Made by a program: the position numbers and the translations under genes. This document shows positions 58,083 through 64,000 of a DNA stretch of 64,000 nt, one piece after another (within the stretch, counting starts at the first letter, position 1; each line of letters starts with the position of its first letter). Source of the DNA: Vicinamibacteria bacterium (lineage in GTDB: Bacteria; Acidobacteriota; Vicinamibacteria; Marinacidobacterales; Marinacidobacteraceae); assembly GCA_963422395.1 (NCBI GenBank), contig OY729431.1:2488887-2552886 (forward strand), given 5' to 3'. The notes beneath the pieces are model-generated. The model ran no database searches, was not told the origin of the DNA, and saw only the letters and a list, made by a program, of their open reading frames with translations.

Positions 58083-59792
58083 ATGCCTCGATACTCGACG
58101 CTTCCTCTCTTTGCCGCGGCCTGCCTCTCGGCGGCGGCCGTCTCGGCACAACCCGCCTACGACCTGCTGCTCACCGGCGGCTGGGTGTTCGACGGCAGCG
58201 GAAACCCGGCAGTCCGCGCGGATGTCGGAATTCGGGGCGATGAAGTGGCGGCGGTCGGCCGGTTGGCGGGAAGACCCGGCCACCGGGCGGCACGCACCAT
58301 CGCGGTGGACGGACTCTTCCTCGCTCCGGGGTGGGTGGACCTGCACTCGCACGCCGACCGGTCGCTGGTCGGCGACGATCTGGAAGCGCGCAAGGCGTTG
58401 AATCTGGTGGCTCAGGGGATCACCACGGTGGTTCTGGGCGCCGACGGGCGGAATCCGATCTGGCCGATTCGGGACGAGATCGCCGCCTACCAGAGCCGTG
58501 GGATCGGACTGAATGTGGTCCCGGTAGTGGGACATTCGACGGTGCGGCTCGAAGTGATGGGCGCGGACCACGAACGCCCCGCCGCCGCGGACGAGGTCGC
58601 CCGGATGGCGGAGTTGGTCCGGGAAGGCATGGAGGACGGAGCCTGGGGCCTCGGCGCCGGCCCCGAGTACCGCCCGGCCCGTTTCTCCGAGACCAGCGAG
58701 ATCGTCGCTCTGGCCCAGGTGGTCGCCGAGTACGACGGCTTCTACTACTCCCACCAGCGCAGCCAGTCGCCGATGCCCCGCTGGCAAGTACCGAGTATCG
58801 TGGATGGGCCGACCCTCACCGGGACCGAAGGGATGGCCGAGACCATCCACATCGGGCGCGAGACGGGGATCCGGGTGGTGGGGACCCACATCAAGGCGAA
58901 GGGACCGTCGAGCTGGGGCCAAGCGGCGAAGGATGTGCAGGCGATCCGGGAGGCCCGGCGGCAGGGGGTGCAGGTCTATCTCGATCAATACCCCTTCGAA
59001 ACCTTCGGCGGCGGGCCGGTCGGGGTGATCCCGGTCTGGGGATTCGCGCCGCCGGGGACCGACCGTTCCGGCGGGCTGGACGATCCGAAGTGGCGGACCC
59101 CGGGTCTCCTGAACCTCGAAAACCTCGAAGCGAACCTGGCCGACGAGGCGATCCGCACCGAACTGCTCCACGATCTGGAACAGCAGCTCGACCTCTTCGG
59201 GGGCGCCGACCGGCTGGTCATCGTCCTTTTTCCGGAGGAACCCTCGCTGGTGGGGCGGACGGTCGCGGCCGTCTCGGCGGACGCCGGCAAGAGCGTCACC
59301 GAGACCCTGATCGACTTCGCCCGCACCGGGAATCAGGAACTGCTCCATGGGGTGCTGATCCGCCCGATCGCCGGACACCGTTTCGATGTGGAGACCTACA
59401 TGGTCCAGGACTACACCGCGACCTCCACCGACGCCGGGGTCGCGCTCGAGGCCGCTCCCGGACGCCATCCCCGTTACTGGGGGACCTACCCGCGGAAGAT
59501 CGCCCACTATGTCCGCGAGCGCGGGATCATCAGCCTCCCCTTCATGATTCGATCCTCGACGAGCCTCCCGGCAGCCATCGTGGGGCTGACCGATCGGGGA
59601 TGCCTCCGGGTCGGCTGCAAGGCCGACCTCGTGGCCTTCGACTACGAACGGGTCGAGGACCGCGCGACGATCCTCGATCCGGCCGCCGCTCCGACGGGCA
59701 TCCCATGGGTGCTGGTGGGCGGTGAGGTCGCCATCGAGAACGGCCGAGCCACCGGCGCGCTGGCCGGAGTCGTCATCCGCCGCGGCGGCTGA
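58083..59792 (+). CDS. N-acyl-D-amino-acid deacylase (D-aminoacylase) family amidohydrolase, secreted.
   Basis: Signal peptide MPRYSTLPLFAAACLSAAAVSAQ. The metal-binding HSH motif is in GWVDLHSHAD. D-aminoacylase family blocks DQYPF, VAFD and the C-terminal beta-sandwich are present. Confidence 0.8.
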   Translation: MPRYSTLPLFAAACLSAAAVSAQPAYDLLLTGGWVFDGSGNPAVRADVGIRGDEVAAVGRLAGRPGHRAARTIAVDGLFLAPGWVDLHSHADRSLVGDDLEARKALNLVAQGITTVVLGADGRNPIWPIRDEIAAYQSRGIGLNVVPVVGHSTVRLEVMGADHERPAAADEVARMAELVREGMEDGAWGLGAGPEYRPARFSETSEIVALAQVVAEYDGFYYSHQRSQSPMPRWQVPSIVDGPTLTGTEGMAETIHIGRETGIRVVGTHIKAKGPSSWGQAAKDVQAIREARRQGVQVYLDQYPFETFGGGPVGVIPVWGFAPPGTDRSGGLDDPKWRTPGLLNLENLEANLADEAIRTELLHDLEQQLDLFGGADRLVIVLFPEEPSLVGRTVAAVSADAGKSVTETLIDFARTGNQELLHGVLIRPIAGHRFDVETYMVQDYTATSTDAGVALEAAPGRHPRYWGTYPRKIAHYVRERGIISLPFMIRSSTSLPAAIVGLTDRGCLRVGCKADLVAFDYERVEDRATILDPAAAPTGIPWVLVGGEVAIENGRATGALAGVVIRRGG

Positions 59793-59918
59793 ACTCGGCC
59801 ATCATTCCCCGACCAGCGGCGGTGCACCGCATGAGCCGCCGGATCCAGCGGCGGTTTCGGCAGTCGGATTGTGATGATCTGAAGCGCCGCTTGAATATTA
59901 CATGATAATCTGCAGCAT

Positions 59919-61088
59919 GTGTATGACAGACGCTTGGACCTCCCACCTCCCGGAGCGCGCACCTTCTTCCTCTGGGGGCCGCGGCAGGTCGGCAAGACCA
60001 CATTGCTGCGGCGAAGCTATCCCGAAGCCCGCTGGGTGGACTTGCTGAAGGCCGACGAGTTCCGACGATACGCGACCCGGCCCGAGGCCCTGCGGTTGTC
60101 GCTGCAGGCGGAGGGCGCCGACCCGGCCCGGCAGGTGGTGGTGGATGAAGTGCTCAAGGTTCCCGCGCTGCTCGACGAAGTGCACTGGATGGTCGAGAAC
60201 CTCGGGCTCCGCTTCGCGCTTTGCGCCTCGAGCGCTCGCAAGGTGCGTCGCCGCACCGCCGGGCTCCTCGGCGGGCGGGCGGTGCGACACGAGCTGCGCG
60301 GCCTCACTGCGGTAGAACTAGGCGGCGATTTCGATCTCCGGCGCATGGTGAACCACGGATTTCTGCCCCGCGTGCATCAGGACCCCGAGCCCGTGCTGCT
60401 GGTCGAGTCGTACATCGCCGACTATCTCAAGGAAGAAGTCGCTGCCGAGGGACTGGTTCGCAACCTGCCGGCTTTCGCGGACTTCCTCGAGGCCGCCGCG
60501 ATCGCGGACACCGAGATGGTCAACTTCTCGAATGTGGCGCAGGACTGCGGTGTGAGCAGCCAGACGGCGAAGGCGTACTACGGCATTCTCGAAGACACCC
60601 TGCTCGGGCGGTGGCTTCCGGCCTTCCGGAAACGCCCGAAGCGGCGCGTGCTGCGCGCTCCCAAGTTCTATTTCGCCGATGTCGGCGTCGTGAATCGGCT
60701 CGCGCGCCGCGGCGCGATAGAGCCGGGTTCCGAACTCTTCGGAAAGGCGTTCGAGAACTGGGTCTTCCACGAACTGGACGCGAGCCTGAGCTATGGGGGT
60801 TCGCCCGAGCGGCTCTCCTATTGGCGCCTCGCTGGCGGGACGGAAGTGGACTTCATCGTCGGCGACATGCGAATCGCCATCGAGGCCAAGGCGGCAGCGC
60901 GTGTCGGCTCCCGCCATTTGAAAGGGTTGCGGGCACTCGCCGAGGACCATCCCGAGGTTCGGCGCCGCATCGCCGTCTGCCTCGAACCGCAGGCGCTCGT
61001 GACCGACGACGGCATCGATATCCTGCCGGTGGCCGACTTCCTCGAAAGCCTCGGGAACGGCGACCTGCTGGGGCAGACCGTCCGGTAG
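59919..61088 (+). CDS. DUF4143-containing AAA+ ATP-binding protein (COG1373-like).
   Basis: Walker A FLWGPRQVGKTTLL and Walker B VVVDEV are present, with a DUF4143-type C-terminal region. It is preceded by an AT-rich promoter-like stretch (ttgaatattacatgataatctgcagcatgtgtATG). Confidence 0.8.
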   Translation: MYDRRLDLPPPGARTFFLWGPRQVGKTTLLRRSYPEARWVDLLKADEFRRYATRPEALRLSLQAEGADPARQVVVDEVLKVPALLDEVHWMVENLGLRFALCASSARKVRRRTAGLLGGRAVRHELRGLTAVELGGDFDLRRMVNHGFLPRVHQDPEPVLLVESYIADYLKEEVAAEGLVRNLPAFADFLEAAAIADTEMVNFSNVAQDCGVSSQTAKAYYGILEDTLLGRWLPAFRKRPKRRVLRAPKFYFADVGVVNRLARRGAIEPGSELFGKAFENWVFHELDASLSYGGSPERLSYWRLAGGTEVDFIVGDMRIAIEAKAAARVGSRHLKGLRALAEDHPEVRRRIAVCLEPQALVTDDGIDILPVADFLESLGNGDLLGQTVR

Positions 61089-61292
61089 CAGTCCGTGGAT
61101 GAAATGGCGCGCGCCCTCGTCCACGGACTGCCAGTTTCGAAATTCCGAGGATCGTTTCGAGAAGATGTCTGCAGACTATCCCGGCACGGCCGTCACGATC
61201 GAGGTCAATACCTCGGACACAGCTCGCTATGTCGTCGCACGGGAGGGGCCGGTCCCGGATGATTTGCCACGGAGAAGGGCGTGATCCGATCC

Positions 61293-61657
61293 ATGTCGAA
61301 GCCGATCGTCGTTCCGGTCCATGACTTCATAGGTGGGCCGCTGCGGAAGATGGCGAGCATCTCTACGAGAAGATCGTTCCGCTCCTCGCTCAGGAAACGC
61401 TGGTGGTGCTCTCGTTCGAGGATGTGGAAATCATCATTTCTGCTTTCCTGAACGCTTCCGTAGGGCGTCTCTACGGCGAGTTTCCCGAAGAGACTATTCG
61501 GAAATTCCTTTCTTACGAGGGTCTGCAGAAGGATGATCTGGATATGCTGAAACGAGTCGTGGACAATGCGAAGAAATACTTCAGCAATCCACTCGACTAC
61601 GACCGGGCGTGGACAGAGGAGATCGGGCCGGAGGATGAGGAGCCGGATGTGTCATGA
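61293..61657 (+). pseudogene. DUF4325 (STAS-like domain) gene with a 1-nt frameshift.
   Basis: ATG 61293 gives MSKPIVVPVHDFIGG, which then drifts out of frame. The +2 frame continues AEDGEHLYEKIVPLLAQETLVVLSFEDVEIIISAFLNASVGRLYGEF..., matching the DUF4325 pattern (G..iye.i.p.l....vvLdFegV..issSFl). Local GC is low. Confidence 0.45.
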
Positions 61658-61800
61658 AGAACAGGATACATGACATCCAAGATTACGAATTCCTCCCTGA
61701 ATTTCTCTTTCTGTTCGACACGAATGTATGGATGTATATCCACGATATTTCCTCACCGACGAACAAAGCGCGGCACGCGGCCTCTGCGGCAAGCCGATGA
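61654..61800 (+). pseudogene. PIN-domain-like N-terminal fragment (truncated).
   Basis: MKNRIHDIQDYEFLPEFLFLFDTNVWMYIHDISS. The DTNV motif is the first acidic residue block of PIN nucleases. The ORF stops after 48 aa, where GC rises again. The ATGA overlaps the DUF4325 stop. Confidence 0.3.
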
Positions 61801-62005
61801 GCGAAGCGATCAGCCCGCCGTACCCCGCACCCGGCACGGCAGTGTGGTACGGCTTCGGGAGGAAACGGCAGGCGGCCTCATCAACCTCGCGGAAGCTCTC
61901 GATCCGATAACCGCGCGTTTCGCGACCCGCGCGATGCTCCAGCTACCGCCACGCTCGGGCGGCCCGGGGGCGGGCGCGCAGGGCGCCCGCCCGGGTCTTG
62001 GAAGA

Positions 62006-64000
62006 TCAGAAAGAGTAGCGGACCGCCAGCTCGATCTGGCGGGAAGGCGCGTTGATGTTCGCCGCCAGCGAGTTCTCGTTGTTGCCGAAGCTGGCTGACC
62101 GCAGGTTGCCGTTCGGGACATCGAAGTTCACCCGATCGAAGGCATTCAGCACCTGGAAGACCAGTTCGATCCCGTGGGTCCCGGAAAGGTAGAAATTCTT
62201 CGAGGCGCGGAAATCCACATTCAGGAAAGGCGAGCAGGTGAAGGATCCCACCGGGGCCCGACCGGTGGACTCGCGGTACGAGTTCGCCAGGCCGAGGTCC
62301 AGATTGCGGCATCCATAGGCGTTGGCGGCGGTGAAGCCCGGCGCGAGGTCCCCGGAGTAGCCGTCGCCGTTCAGGTTCGTTCCCGAGTTCACCAGCACCG
62401 GAAGCGGTGAGCGGTAGTCGAGGATCGTCGAAACCCGGATGTCTCCCGGCAGCACGAGGATGCCGCTGCTCACCAGCCGGTGCCGCCGGTCGGTGCCGCC
62501 CGGGTGGGTCGCCCACGCGTACCCCGGAAAGCTGCTGTCCCAGCTCGAGGGCTCGGTGTTCCGGGTCCAGAGTTCGGTGGTCTCGGTCTTGGCGAGCGTA
62601 TAGCTGACGAGGAACTGCCAGCCGTCCGCATAGCGCTTCTCGAACTTGGCGTAGAACGCCTGGTAGTCGTGATCGAGGATCGAATAGGAGGCGTTCACCC
62701 GGTTGAACTGGGGCCAGGGCCGCACGCCGTCCACCGGGTAGTTGATGTTCACGTTCCGCATCGCGTCGGCGCGGGTGGCCACCCGGGTCAGGTCGAGGGA
62801 GAGCGCCATGTCGTCCCGCAACTGATGCGCGAGCCCGAGGTTGAAGTGGTGGGCGTAGGGCTGCTGGTAGCCGTTGTCGAGAGTCGTGATGTTCGGCGGC
62901 GCCGTGGAGAGGAACTCCTCGCGCGAACGGCCGCCGAGCGGGTCGAGGAAGTCGGGGTCGTCGATGATGATCGTCTGCCCCTGGTGCCACCAGCGTTCGC
63001 CGAAGTTGGTGAGGGTGCGGATGTTCTCGAAGAACTTGCCGTAGCCGCCCTTCACCGTGGTGCGTCCGGTGCCGTCGCCCGAGAGGTCGTACACGAAGCC
63101 GATCCGCGGGCCCCAGTTGTTCCGGTCGCCCCTGGCGTCGGCACCCTCGTGGAACGGGATCGGCAGCGGGAACCGGATGTCCCGGATGTCCTCGTTGAAG
63201 GTTCCCACCTGCAGGTCGTAGCGGAGCCCCAGGTTCAGGGTGAGGCGGTCGGTGCTCCAGTCGTCCTGGGTATAGATCGAGAAGTGGTGCACCGGCACCC
63301 GGTCGTAGCGCGGCTGGGTCTGCGTGTACTGGATCGGGTGGGTTTCGGGATCGTTCGGATCGAACGCCTCGTCGGTGTCGAAGGTGAATCGGCCCGAGTA
63401 GTTGCCCACGCTGTCCGCCGCGAAATCGATCCAGTTGTAGTCCACACCGAACTTGATCTGGTGATCCCCGCCGAACCCCTGCTGGAAGAGGGTGAAGTCG
63501 TCCTTGAACTGCCAGCGGGTCTCGGGGCCCATTTGGTCGTTGCAGGATCCGGTGCGCAGGGTGGGCCGCCGAATGTTCATTTCACAGAGGGCGAGGCGCT
63601 CGGAGTTGAAATCGCCGGGATCCCAGGAACCGTGGGAGAACGCCTCGCTGACTTCGTACTTCGAGAAGGCGCGCTGGAAGCGGAACTCGTTCAGCGAGTT
63701 CGCGCCGGTCACCGAAGTGACTCCGAATACCTCGGCGTTCCGCGGCACCGCGAAGTCGAAACCGTCCACGGTGATCCCCCGCGCGTTCAGATTCGGGCGG
63801 TACTCGTTCTCCCAGGCTACCCGCAGCCAGATCGAATGGTCTTCGTTCAGCTGGTGGTTCAACCGGCCGAGCCACATGTAGCGCCACTCGTCCTTCGGGA
63901 AGGTTCCCTCGACCTCGGGGAATACGCCGCCGTTCGAGATCGTGTAGAACAGCTCCTCGTCGGTGCGCTCGAACGCGAAGAAGAAGTGGGTCCGATCCTC
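62006..64000 (-). CDS. TonB-dependent outer-membrane receptor. Partial: the N-terminus lies beyond the window end.
   Basis: The beta-barrel C-terminus ends ...QIELAVRYSF with a terminal Phe. The frame is open through 64000 (EDRTHFFFAFERTDEELFYTISNGG...). Confidence 0.8.
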   Translation of the reverse strand, partial: EDRTHFFFAFERTDEELFYTISNGGVFPEVEGTFPKDEWRYMWLGRLNHQLNEDHSIWLRVAWENEYRPNLNARGITVDGFDFAVPRNAEVFGVTSVTGANSLNEFRFQRAFSKYEVSEAFSHGSWDPGDFNSERLALCEMNIRRPTLRTGSCNDQMGPETRWQFKDDFTLFQQGFGGDHQIKFGVDYNWIDFAADSVGNYSGRFTFDTDEAFDPNDPETHPIQYTQTQPRYDRVPVHHFSIYTQDDWSTDRLTLNLGLRYDLQVGTFNEDIRDIRFPLPIPFHEGADARGDRNNWGPRIGFVYDLSGDGTGRTTVKGGYGKFFENIRTLTNFGERWWHQGQTIIIDDPDFLDPLGGRSREEFLSTAPPNITTLDNGYQQPYAHHFNLGLAHQLRDDMALSLDLTRVATRADAMRNVNINYPVDGVRPWPQFNRVNASYSILDHDYQAFYAKFEKRYADGWQFLVSYTLAKTETTELWTRNTEPSSWDSSFPGYAWATHPGGTDRRHRLVSSGILVLPGDIRVSTILDYRSPLPVLVNSGTNLNGDGYSGDLAPGFTAANAYGCRNLDLGLANSYRESTGRAPVGSFTCSPFLNVDFRASKNFYLSGTHGIELVFQVLNAFDRVNFDVPNGNLRSASFGNNENSLAANINAPSRQIELAVRYSF

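Noticed and set aside
54941-59507. Plus-strand 1100-aa ORF (54941..58243) and minus-strand 1008-aa ORF (56481..59507).
   Set aside because: They are antisense or alternate-frame to the BNR-repeat and D-aminoacylase genes, which carry clear Asp-box and amidohydrolase signatures in their own frames.

Overview
This is a high-GC (~70%) bacterial chromosomal segment. Its gene content suggests a Gemmatimonadota/Acidobacteriota-like organism: an ADOP-type duplicated FtsX permease, a DUF5916/CBM9-like outer-membrane protein, a BNR/sortilin-like protein and a TonB-dependent receptor. Housekeeping genes are secA, guaB, comM/yifB, rnd, an M23 peptidase, a ccdA-cytochrome c-tlpA redox cluster, phenylalanine-4-hydroxylase, a sigma-70 factor, cutA and a heme oxygenase, plus many transporters (ClC, SSS, NhaC, DAACS, VIT).

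The dominant accessory feature is a complete type I-C CRISPR-Cas locus: cas3-cas5c-cas8c-cas7c-cas4-cas1-cas2 at 38448..46621, an AT-rich leader, and a 31-repeat array at 46801..48849 (33-bp repeat GTCGCCCCCCGCACGGGGGGCGCGGATTGAAAC). A degraded hicA-like toxin gene sits in the cas3-cas5c gap. At least four spacers target variants of one protospacer region.

A small IS/MITE family with CTAGCAGCCTGTGGA termini occurs four times. One copy supplies the C-terminus of nhaC. One is a ~197-bp MITE upstream of a DAACS transporter. One truncates a frameshifted DUF262 (GmrSD-like) gene. One is a solo end upstream of secA.

Two lower-GC islets look horizontally acquired and are the best candidates for something undescribed.
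- 26592..27786: lipoprotein, a secreted twin-CX3C cysteine-rich mini-protein, and a 4-TM membrane protein.
- 59800..61800: DUF4143 ATPase, a frameshifted DUF4325 STAS-like gene, and a PIN-like N-terminal fragment.

Many long antisense ORFs in the six-frame track are high-GC artefacts and were rejected.
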